A DNA stretch of 15,113 nt, taken from Tubiluchus corallicola (taxonomy: Eukaryota > Animalia > Priapulida). The notes beneath the pieces were generated by a model, which saw only the letters and a program-made list of their open reading frames with translations, ran no database searches and was not told the DNA's origin. Of this stretch, positions 1-9,584 are shown in pieces. The position numbers and the translations under genes are program-made. Each line of letters opens with the position of its first letter. Within the stretch, counting starts at the first letter, position 1. The DNA is taken from positions 1 through 15,113 of the forward strand of contig JAQGDQ010002096.1 of the NCBI GenBank assembly GCA_030141605.1, read 5' to 3'.

Positions 1-115
1 GAGGTTATAGCCTATAATTCCTATAAAACTTGATAAAACTATAAAAATGTCCTATAATTTCTATATTTTTTTCAAAAAATGTCCTATATTTTTGAAAAAT
101 AGAGTACCAGCCCTG
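1..115 (-). mobile_element. Partial copy (cut by window edge) of the CAGGG-ended MITE at 3597-3806, inverted relative to it
   Basis: Reverse complement of 1-115 aligns without gaps to 3597-3711 (7 mismatches). It has the terminus CAGGGCTGGTAC and internal TATAGGAATTATAGG sub-repeats. Confidence 0.8.
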
Positions 116-591
116 CTAATGCTCACTTAACTGTAGAAAAAATAAATTTTTGATCAAATGTCAGCAACTGTGGCTGCCAAATCTTGACAAATTCTAAAAC
201 CTTGGACATTAGCTAGACATTAATTTGGAGATGAAAGCATCGACAGAGTCACAAACTTGTTTCTTCTAACAACAAACCCATTTTAAGTCAATTAAAGGAA
301 AATGAATGGAACATTTACCTGACAGCTAGAATGTATTGTGACCTTTTGACCTACAGAATACTTCATACCAAACACCCATGATACTGACAAGTCCCCCATA
401 CCCTTGAACTTACAGTCTGTCAATTATTAAAGACATTGAGCTTCATGCACCTAAGATAAATCACATTTGAGCCAAATGAGTCCAAGGAAAATTTAAAGCT
501 TCAAAATCTTTTAAAGCGAAAGAAAATGTAATTTCAAAGCATGTCTCAAAACCTTTCTGTGTAAAATTGCATTCTTCAGCATTATGCTTAC

Positions 592-646
592 CCGTTTGGA
601 AGACATGTGAAACAAAATAAACTTTTTAATAATTTAAAGTGTTTGC
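592..646 (-). CDS. Candidate small internal exon of an unidentified minus-strand gene (G-KHFKLLKSLFCFTCLPN-G)
   Basis: Acceptor ccttttacCAG/CAG (NAGNAG) and donor GG|gtaagc. It is open in the phase left by the candidate exon ending at 2156. No convincing next exon was found. Confidence 0.25.
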
Positions 647-713
647 CTGCTGGTAAAAGGTCACTGTTTCACTATATGAGTGCACACAAAAGAATGCCAC
701 TCTCTGACTAATA

Positions 714-1087
714 CAGGGGTGTGCAAATTGCGGCCCGCCGAGAGAATTTGTGCGGCCCGCGAAGAGATTTGTCAACCTAATGAAAGTGCGGCCCGGGCGA
801 TTAATTGAGTGTATCCAGCTGAAGTCCGTGCCACGATCCCAAAGATAGTGCGGGTAGTTTTTTCTACTAGATCGGATGCCATTAACCCTTACAAGACGGT
901 TGTAGCTTAATGTCACTGTTCTACACAGACTGTGTGATACACATTACTAATATGCATTGTAGTGAAATTACCACTATCTGTCCTCAAAGTAGAAATATAT
1001 GGTTTGTAATATAAACTGCCCGTGGCCCGCAGGAATTGCGGGAAAGTTTAATGTGGCCCGGCTAGTCAGATAATTTGCACACTCCTG
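714..1087. mobile_element. Non-autonomous hAT (Charlie/Buster-type) MITE, 374 bp
   Basis: 16-bp TIRs CAGGGGTGTGCAAATT / AATTTGCACACTCCTG (15/16). Perfect 8-bp TSD GACTAATA (706-713, 1088-1095) with central TA. Subterminal GGCCCG repeats at both ends. Confidence 0.93.
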
Positions 1088-2155
1088 GACTAATAAATAC
1101 ATTAATCTTACTCACAAGATGAAGTAACTTACACTATTGCTTGGTTACCGACAACTGTGTTACAAATGCTCTAATTATTTTTTCAAACTTTGCACAAACT
1201 TAATGTTACATTAGCTTGTTCCAAACGACTTACCGTTAAAATGGCTGCATGTAACAGTCATCATGTGTGTTTAAATCTGCACGTTTTATACCGAGTTACT
1301 ACTAACACAAGCTCTATATGCAATAAGACGGCATGTAAATGATATAAAATTTCAAGACAACTGTTTAAATTTTATTAATGAAGAGTATTTTCTTGTGCTT
1401 TAAGGCTTCGAAACCTTTAATGGTTAAAACAAAACCGGATCCAATCTTAAACTTTAGGTCACAGTAATCTATTCTTTAAAATATTGAAAGGAACTATTTT
1501 TTCAAAAATGCTTACGTAAAAATGTTCGGCCACTAGTTTTCACTGTACATGATTCGCATTCCTATTAGAGGGCACTAGGCCTGCATTTGAAACCTGCACA
1601 AAAAAGGCTGTACCTCAGTTCATGGTTTTTGTACGAATAACAGTTGACAGCTCATGCGTACGCGGTAAATTTGAAATTTGAATCTTTATCTTAAAACTTG
1701 CCTAGTTTTAGTACAACACACTGAATATCTTACAGCACTGTATCAATTTTTGCTTTCGCAAACACGTGCAACACGCTCGTGAAACATTTTTGCTGTAGAA
1801 AATTATGTTAGTTTGTGACGTCAATCACTATTTGGGCTCGTTCGCCGTTAATCTATTAAAATTTTTAATCTATTATTTAATTATCAGAAACACTTTTGGA
1901 GTATTAATTTTGTTAAAATGTATAATTTTCATTGGACTTGAAAATGGGGTAGTATATGAAAAATCATCCTGCCTTCCTTTAATTAAGCACTTACTAGAGG
2001 CATGCAGCTTAGAGTCGGAGCCACTTAGTTATAAAATAAGGTAAATTTCCAAAACAATAAGACACGGTTATAATCATATTCTTGATCTTAAAAGAAACCC
2101 GTTTTACACACGTACAGACGATAAGGACTTCAAAAAGTAGGACAAATCAACTCAC

Positions 2156-2237
2156 CGATTGTAGCAACGATGGCCGTTACACCAAATATCATCAGAATCC
2201 TCATTTTCTTGAAGAACACAAAGTTATTCTGAGGCAT
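2156..2237 (-). CDS. Candidate first coding segment of a secreted or membrane-anchored protein (MPQNNFVFFKKMRILMIFGVTAIVATI-), within exon 2305-2156
   Basis: Strong acceptor ttttatttcttttttgcgcag| before 2305 and donor ATCG|gtgagt after 2156. ATG at 2237 is followed by basic residues and a hydrophobic stretch, ending at a phase-1 intron as signal-peptide exons often do. Confidence 0.45.
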
Positions 2238-2339
2238 TTCTGGGATCAACGATGATGCTTCTCACGACTTGGTTTGACCATCGTATTGTCAGACATCACT
2301 CAAACCTGCGCAAAAAAGAAATAAAATATGATCACGTAT

Positions 2340-3385
2340 GCTCTGAAGTTTTCCACACAAGTGAGGCAAGGCAAACAAGATACTTGGATTAATCAGAAGA
2401 TCACGCGAATTTTTAAATGGAATGACATTAAAACTGGTTATTTGTAGCATTAGTTAGGCCACATCTTGAGTATGGTATAACAGCATGGATGCCTAGGTTT
2501 TGCTACAGACAAGAAGCTGATCAAAGGAGTTCTTCACCGAGCAACTAGGATGGTTGCACAGATCAAGGAACTGTCTTGTGAGAAGGGTCTAAAGTCTTTA
2601 GAGTTGTTTAGTATGTGGTACAGACAAATCCAAGGTGATATGATAGAAGTATACAAGTTTACACACGGAATGTACAGTATGCATGTTGAGATCCTTCAAA
2701 GAGATAATCAGACAAAAACTAGGGGACAGTCATACAAGTTAAGAAAAGGTATAGTCGCACTGCTACACGACACAACGTCTTCAGCTTGAGGGCTCTAGAT
2801 CGCTGGAAGAACCTCCCCGAGAATGTATTCTCTGCAAACTCCATAACCTCTTTTAAAAGCAAACAAGTACAGAGGCTGTACCACCTGGTATTTCTTAAAT
2901 GTGCTCGCAGTATCTCGACATTAGGCGGAGAGCTGCACAAGCAGCCAACTGCTAGAGGGCGGAGGAGGTCAAGTGACTCAACTTCCAAATCAGGAGTGGA
3001 GCCCCGAAGGCGGACCAGTGCAGCATGCTCACTGACTCCGGCAGCTCCTGCAGCCAACCTGGTGCCAAACGTATCGCTCCGCTTTCCTTTGGACTACACC
3101 AGGGAGGAAGAGAGGGGGGTTCCTGTTGTCTGGACAACTCAGGATCTCCATACACCTTGCCCAGACGTGCTCCCTGGAGACGTTCAAGGATCGCACTGCT
3201 CAGCCACAGTCGACGCTGCAGCTCCATCAATGTGATCAATAACTGACTCTCTTGGCGCACACTCCATTGTCTTCTGAGACAGAAGGATGCCAACAAGGCA
3301 CCCAGTTATGAACGGTCAACAGGCAGAGATGCCTAACAACTAAGACTGAACGGATATGATATGGAATGATACAACGATATGATAT
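2340..3385 (+). mobile_element. 5'-truncated, decayed CR1/L2-clade LINE (ORF2 C-terminus, 3' UTR, microsatellite tail), interrupted by an insertion at ~2865-3240
   Basis: Frameshifted translation gives KANKILGLIRRS..., LFVALVRPHLEYG..AW, RATRMV..., GDMIEVYK, TRGQSYKL, RWKNLPENV..ANSITSFKS, all typical CR1 ORF2 C-terminal motifs. It appears to resume near 3241 and ends in (GATAT)n-like repeats at ~3353-3385. Confidence 0.85.
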
Positions 3386-3596
3386 GCAACATTGCAATAA
3401 ACGAAGCAGTTCCTGGTATGAAGAAACATTGTGGAATTTTGAACTTCTACAGCAGATTTTATGATCATGTTTTGATAAGGTGTTTTCAACTAATTCAAAG
3501 CATTTGTCAACAACTGATGACAAAGATATGGGGCAAAAATCATCACACAAAGGACAGTTTGGGATTGGGTTAATATTACAGTTAAGTCAGCATTAG

Positions 3597-3806
3597 CAGG
3601 GCTGGTACTCTACTTCTCAAAAATATAGGACATTTTCCTAAAAAAATATAGGAATTATAGGACATTTTTATAGTTTTATCAAGTTTTATAGGAATTATAG
3701 GCTGTAACCTCAAAATATATTTGAGGAACTATAGGACGTTTTCAAAAAAATATAGGAATTATAGGACGTTTTCAAAAAAATATAGGAATTACAGGTACGA
3801 GCCATG
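3597..3806 (+). mobile_element. Non-autonomous DNA transposon (MITE, hAT-like CAGGG terminus), 210 bp
   Basis: Imperfect 12-bp TIRs CAGGGCTGGTAC / GTACGAGCCATG (10/12). Flanks CATTAG / CATTAC. Many TATAGGA sub-repeats and an internal 31-bp tandem duplication (~3730-3791). A second copy lies at 1-115. Confidence 0.75.
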
Positions 3807-3814
3807 CATTACGG

Positions 3815-4040
3815 GAATCAAGAGATTTAAAAAAACAAAAGGAAAAGAGGAAGAGCACGGGATTTCAAAATAAAGCTCAGAACTACATCGGGTCCAGTAG
3901 CCTTAAACAAAGTTAGGTTAATAAGCTTAGTACACGCATTACTGATCCTGAATTTAATGTCATTCATATAATCAGCATTCCAACCAGGTGAAGGAATAGG
4001 CAAGACATTATCATTGATTTCACGCATGAAGAAAAATGCA
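3815..4040 (-). mobile_element. Decayed LINE ORF2 fragment (region just upstream of the RT core)
   Basis: ORF 3827-4027 contains KLINL..FKATGPDVVLSFILKSRA, resembling the conserved K(A/S)xGPDxI...LK..A motif of non-LTR reverse transcriptases. Confidence 0.6.
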
Positions 4041-6505
4041 ACAGTGTAATTTAATGGAGAAGTAACTTACTGAGGACATACACATAAACTTTTTTTCCCA
4101 AGCACATAATACAACAAATCAACAATGATACAAATGGGGGAAATGTCATGTTACAGGTGCAGAGAAAAGGGCAGCGAGGGATCATATGGGCCATCGAGTC
4201 TGCTGCCTCAACTCATAAAATTAATATAGCATACTGCATTAGTGGACACTATGGTACGGATTACAAAATTAACAAATGAGTAAATGTAAGATGTTAAGAA
4301 TTCTAATTAAAAAACAAATATCAGTATTGTAAGCTTATTAAATAATATCGAATCACCGTGTTTTGGATAACTAGGACAAGTAACGATATATTCGTTAAAA
4401 AACATCTGCTGTCCAACTTTCTGGCTATTGTTAATGACTTCGTAATGTAAAGGCTTTTGGTGATATTGGCTAATCAGCCCATACAAAAGTTCTAGATATT
4501 TACGTTATTCATAAACATATTTATGTTATAAACATATACATTATTGACCGTAAAATTCCTACCATTGCTAAACAATTATTGGACGATTATTAACGTGACG
4601 AAACTGTACAAAAGTGTAAATTAAATAAGGTAAACAATGAAATTCCAATTAGGAAACATAAATAAACGCCAGCAATAGGGCGAATCTTTTACTGCTACCT
4701 TGGAGAACAAGGATCTTGTCCTACAATTTTCTCACTTCTTAGCGACACACTGCTTTCGTCCAGGTTTTCCATTGCAAAGAAAACAAGTTGTTAACAGGGT
4801 TAGCAGCTAGACGAGAAGTTGCGAACAGGACCAAGGCCTGACAAACAACCAGTGTAATAATGACATTTTTCTTTGCTTGCTTGTTTGAGGAGGTGATCCA
4901 TTATTCTGACGTTATTGCAGTAATGACGCACAAGCTTGTCAATTTTATAACACGTGAATTTTCACGTTCTATTATGACGTCATGTGGAATTAATAGTTTT
5001 CCTCTCAAAGCAATTTACTGAAAAGCAACAATACTAACTGGCCTTCCATCCGCAGTTGACATTCTTATTCATGGTAATTGTTTTGTGTTCATTGTGGATT
5101 GTCTTGAATTCTCAATTTTTTCCATAAATTTTATGATTTTTTCTTTCAATTATTTTTTGTTAAAACAATAGCCCTTGATTAAGACACAGATGTCAGGTAC
5201 TAATAAGTATGTACAGTTGCACACACAATTGTCGGATTCTCTTTGTTTCATCATGTTTTGCTATTAAATTTTGATTTTTACTCAGAATTTCTCGTTTTGG
5301 TAATGGCTGCTATTGTGAGACGCATGTACAGATAGTATAAGGATGCACTTTTGTTATTGTGATACATTGGGTTAAATTATACAATTACAATCTCAAAGAA
5401 ATGTAACACGTATATTTATGGTTAAAACTGTTAGGAAAATACAAACAGCTAACATTTCTTCACTTCAACAGTAATATTGGTTCAGTTTTTTATTATGATT
5501 ATAACTTTGAGGCATCCATTGAACTAAGAATTAAGTCTATTACATAGACACGAATAGTTTATTTTGTTTTAAATGCCCCATGTTAATTGATTTTATCAAC
5601 ACAGGTCACATTATGTACCTTGCCTGGCCTGTATTACAGTCTATCTACAGCAGTACCTAAAAAAATTAGTGGCCAGGACATAAATACTTTCTTCTTGACA
5701 TAACTTTGGGAATGAAAGTTAAAAAGTCACTGTCACACATTTGGACACCCATAATGACACCTAGAAGAATGCTTCAAGCCCTCTTTTCCTAACATAGCCA
5801 GGCTCTGAAAGACCCTTAAACCAAAGGTCAAATTCCGAACTAGCCACAGCAGTTTAGAACGGTTTATTATAAAAAACAATCAGCAAAACTGATGTGCAGA
5901 GATGTTAAGGTTGTTCAGTTCGTCTTCGTGTTTTCTCTACTCAGCGTGAAAAAGGATAGGAGCTGTCAAAGATCAAGGTGAAAGCAGTTTGGACTAAGCA
6001 TGGGTTAGCATCTTTGCTGAGGGAATTTGTCTTATTGTATGACGGGTTGATGGTAACTGTACTTTTGTTGCTGCACTTTGCTTACACCTGCTACAGATAC
6101 TGTTGTTGGTGTTGATGGTGTTCTCTGTGTTCAGCATGATTTAGCTCACTATTTGAAGGTTAATTTTAAATTTCAGCTTCGTTAGATTGTTTTCCATTTA
6201 ATTTGTTTTTCATTTAATTTTATTTTTATTATTTTGCACGTTTTTCTCATTTTGAATTATGCATGGACGATATGACAGCTTGAATCATTTTTATATTCAG
6301 TTGTACCACATTATTTGGGTTATAGTTTACCATTGCTTTTTGCTTGTCATTTTGTTGTATGTTTAGATATTTTTCATTGCATTTTCACCCTTCAAATATT
6401 AAAGTTGGTTAGAGAATTTTCAACAGATCAAGTTGCTAAATATAATTTCAGTCCTATTCACGAGTTAAATAGTTACAGTGCCATCCCAGTAAACACGTTC
6501 ATTTA

Positions 6506-6785
6506 CAGTTGTGGCCAAAAGTTTAAGCCCACCTGTGAATACAATGTGAATTTTGAGCTTTTTTGGTATTCAATACCATATATTTTCCCTCATGGTGGAC
6601 CGATGCGTACACACGATGGCTCATTAGGAAGGTAATTGAAAATTGGAAATAAATGTTTGTGTTGCGCATGCACAGGACTATGAGATGATGACGTCATCAC
6701 TTAGACGTGCTCTCGGCAGTAGCTTCCTCCCCAGGAAATAATCGCGTTGCAATCACAGGTGGGCTTAAACTTTTGCCCACAACTG
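6506..6785. mobile_element. Tc1/mariner-type MITE, 280 bp
   Basis: 33-bp TIRs CAGTTGTGG(C/G)CAAAAGTTTAAGCCCACCTGTGA (32/33), flanked by TA on both sides (6504-6505, 6786-6787). Confidence 0.92.
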
Positions 6786-6868
6786 TATTAAAGGATAGAT
6801 TGACTAGTTGACCTTTATGGTCTTTAGCCATCCTATTTCATTATGATAATTAATTTTCCATTATGAAT

Positions 6869-6982
6869 TTGGAAATAAAGCAGTTTTGAATTTGAATTGA
6901 ATTGTTCCATTGTTCTTTATTTGTTGGAAATAAAAGTAGTTTTGAATTGGAATTGAATTGTTCCATTGTTCTTTATTTGTTG
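6869..6982. repeat. Two-copy tandem duplication, ~55-bp unit
   Basis: TTGGAAATAAA(A)G(C/T)AGTTTTGAATT(T/G)GAATTGAATTGTTCCATTGTTCTTTATTTG starts at 6869 and again at 6924. Confidence 0.85.
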
Positions 6983-7832
6983 TCGTGGTTTGTTGTAATA
7001 CCATGGCAAAGGTAACATAGGTTAATTACTGATGTTAATTTTCTAATAATTTCCTTTACCAGTAGAAAGTCTCTATCTGCCCCATAGTCACAGAAGGTCG
7101 AGATAAAATGTACAAAATCAAAATTAGATTGTAAACAAGTAAATAATTATTGTATATTTTCTTGTTCTATAACAACATCTGATCAACAACAACATAGACT
7201 CTCAAATTTTTAAATAATCTAAATAAGAAATCAATGGTCAACTAAGGAAAATAAATTGTGCTTCACTTTCAATAATCTGCTGGTCCTAACTTTACTAATC
7301 TACTATCATAACTTATAAAGATTCAATGACTAATGAACCAACCATTAACAACAAGCCAAAATCAACACAAAGGCAAACAACACAGTTCAAATTGTGGATT
7401 ACAATTTCTTAGCATGAATAACAAAAAGTGACATAATGTCATATCAATGCTTTCATAAAACCCAAAATGGTGTAGAAATGATGCACACGTGTAGATACAA
7501 TACTGTAATGTAGCATTATGCCTACGCATTGATGAACAAATGATTATTTTATTAAACTCAGAATATGCGAGCCGATCACCTTTCCTTTTTACTTTTCCTT
7601 TATTGTTTTTACAAGTAAGTTGACAAACAAGGCTAAACAACCCCTGTGAAGCACTTGTGTTACCAGCAAGAAGCCAAATACTGATATGTTGTAAAAGCTA
7701 ATGAACAGTTTGTGGTGCAAAATGACATGAGTAACTCCACGTCCTTCTTGAAGATAACACACAGAGTTTATTTTACATGCATTCATTGTCCTCGTTTTGA
7801 GACATTACTGTGTCTTCCAAATCCTGTACTAA

Positions 7833-8370
7833 AGGAAACCCGGACGACTGATTAGACTCAATCTCATTTTAATTTGCTGTACAAAATATACATCATCGCA
7901 CCTATAAAAGTTAGCAGTTGTTTCTTATGTTTGAATAATTAGCTTGGAAAGTTAATTAACGGCAATCGAACACAAGTATTGCTTACATCACAAACTAACT
8001 GCAGTTTGTACAATAGTAGGCATTCTCCCTGCGCGTCAAGCACGTTTGCATAAGCGAAGATTGCTATAAGACTTTGATGTGATGTCACGAATTTGGGATC
8101 TACGCCATGCTGACGTCACAGACAAACAATACAGTTTATGATCAATGCTTGTCAAGGCACAGCACCTATTTGTTGGTCAGGTGAATGTGAAAAAAGATGC
8201 CATTGCCGGTCGTGGATTCGCTGAACCACGCGTACCTTTGAAATTTTTACAAAATTTAACTATCCCTGGTAATTATTATTTAATCTAATTTAAAATTGCT
8301 ATTGTATTTTTCAATATTTTAGAGCGTACTTCATTTTGAACTAATGTCTACGCAGTCGTCCGGTCTTCCT
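7833..8370. mobile_element. Kolobok-like non-autonomous DNA transposon, 538 bp
   Basis: 25-bp TIRs AGGAAACCCGGACGACTGATTAGAC versus AGGAAGACCGGACGACTGCGTAGAC (21/25). Flanks CTAA / TTAA are a degenerate TTAA TSD. Purine-purine termini favour Kolobok over piggyBac. Confidence 0.75.
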
Positions 8371-8864
8371 TTAAGCCACTACCACAGCAGATTGTACATC
8401 CATTATTAACCTTCCCAGACTAGAAACTTCTAATATGTAACCTCCATAGCTTTTCAACTGGTCTGCCATAAAAGCAAGTCCTTTAGAAACTGACTAAGAC
8501 TTCTAGGCCAAATTGCTGGCAATTAAATCACTAAAATTACATGTATTTACAAAGATCCCGGTTGACATATTACACGAAGACATATGCAAAGAAATAAAAA
8601 ATACAGTGATGTGCAAAAAGTGAAGTATTGCACTTAGATGTGCATTGGAGACTAAAAATCATTTCGATTTTGTTAAAAAATTTATAGTGAAACCACATTC
8701 TATCTTTCACATTAGACGTGTTACATTAGCAAATTTGGATAGTAGCATACCTGCTGCTTCTTTTCATGTACCGGGTGGGAGCAGATGTATAATATGACAT
8801 TGTTTAACGTTAACTGCATACGTGTCTACTAGCTCACCGAAAATGTTATGGAATCTTGTTCATA

Positions 8865-9020
8865 CAGCAAGTCCTAGCTTAACGACTCCCCGTTTAGTGA
8901 CGTTTTGTTTTAACGACGCTGAACATGAGACATCTTTTTCTCACTTAACGATGCATGTTTCTTATTAACCGAGATTTTTTTTTACTTTGCTCACAACCAT
9001 TTTTTTCAATTGACAACTTT
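8865..9020 (+). mobile_element. One end of a truncated pogo/Tigger-like MITE
   Basis: TA|CAGCAAGTCCTAGCTTAACGAC start followed by repeated TTAACGA motifs. No matching opposite TIR was found, so the right boundary is approximate. Confidence 0.4.
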
Positions 9021-9091
9021 TTTACGGCATTTGAAGCGTTAAAACGGCTCATATTGCATTATTCTGTTCTTGTTACACGTAGTTTGCGTTC

Positions 9092-9584
9092 GATGTTGGA
9101 GAACATTGGATGGTATCAATGCTTAGTTAGAGTCCTTGGATTGTGGCTGGCTTGTGAGCAGTACAATTTGTGTTTAATGTTGAGGAACATTGGATGGTAT
9201 AAATGCTTAGTTAGAGTCCTTGGATTGTGGCTTGCGAGCAGTATAGTACAATTTGTGTTTAATGTTGAGGAACATTGGATGGTATAAATGCTTAGTTAGA
9301 GTCCTTGGATTGTGGCTTGTGAGCAGTACAGTACAGTACAATTTGTATTTAATTTTGAAGAACATTGGATGATATAAACGTTTAGTTAAAGTACTTGGAT
9401 TGTGGCTTGTGAGCAGTACAGTTTGTGTTTAATGTTGAAGAACATTGGATGGTATAAATGCTTAGTTAGAGTCCTTGGATTGTGGCTTGTGAGCAGTACA
9501 CTTTGTATTTAATTTTGAAGAACATTGGATGATATAAACGTTTAGTTAGAGTACTTGGATTGTGGCTTGTGAGCAGTACACTTT
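9092..9584. repeat. Six-copy ~80-bp tandem array overlapping the DUSP stop codon and proximal 3' UTR
   Basis: Anchor TGTGGCT.. (core TGTGGCTTGTGAGCAGTACA) at 9142, 9226, 9311, 9401, 9481 and 9561 (spacings 84, 85, 90, 80, 80). Length variation comes from GGCT and GTACA micro-duplications. Confidence 0.95.

Noticed and set aside
1400-1982. Possible second Kolobok-like element ending GCCTTCCT|TTAA
   Set aside because: No convincing matching left TIR was found.
5690-6140. Coding-like composition, with a faint resemblance (KVVQFVFVFS..SVKK) to hAT transposase C-termini
   Set aside because: Multiple stops and similarity too weak to call without a TBLASTN or HMM search.
626-7786. Remaining short ORFs (626-916, 1805-2044, 3236-3550, 3379-3573, 6315-6635, 7362-7640, 7589-7786)
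   Set aside because: They overlap MITEs or AT-rich non-coding DNA and show no recognisable domains or supporting splice structure.
8955-9287. 110-aa plus-strand ORF with repeated NIGWY.CLVRVLGLWLA
   Set aside because: Antisense translation of the 3' UTR tandem array.
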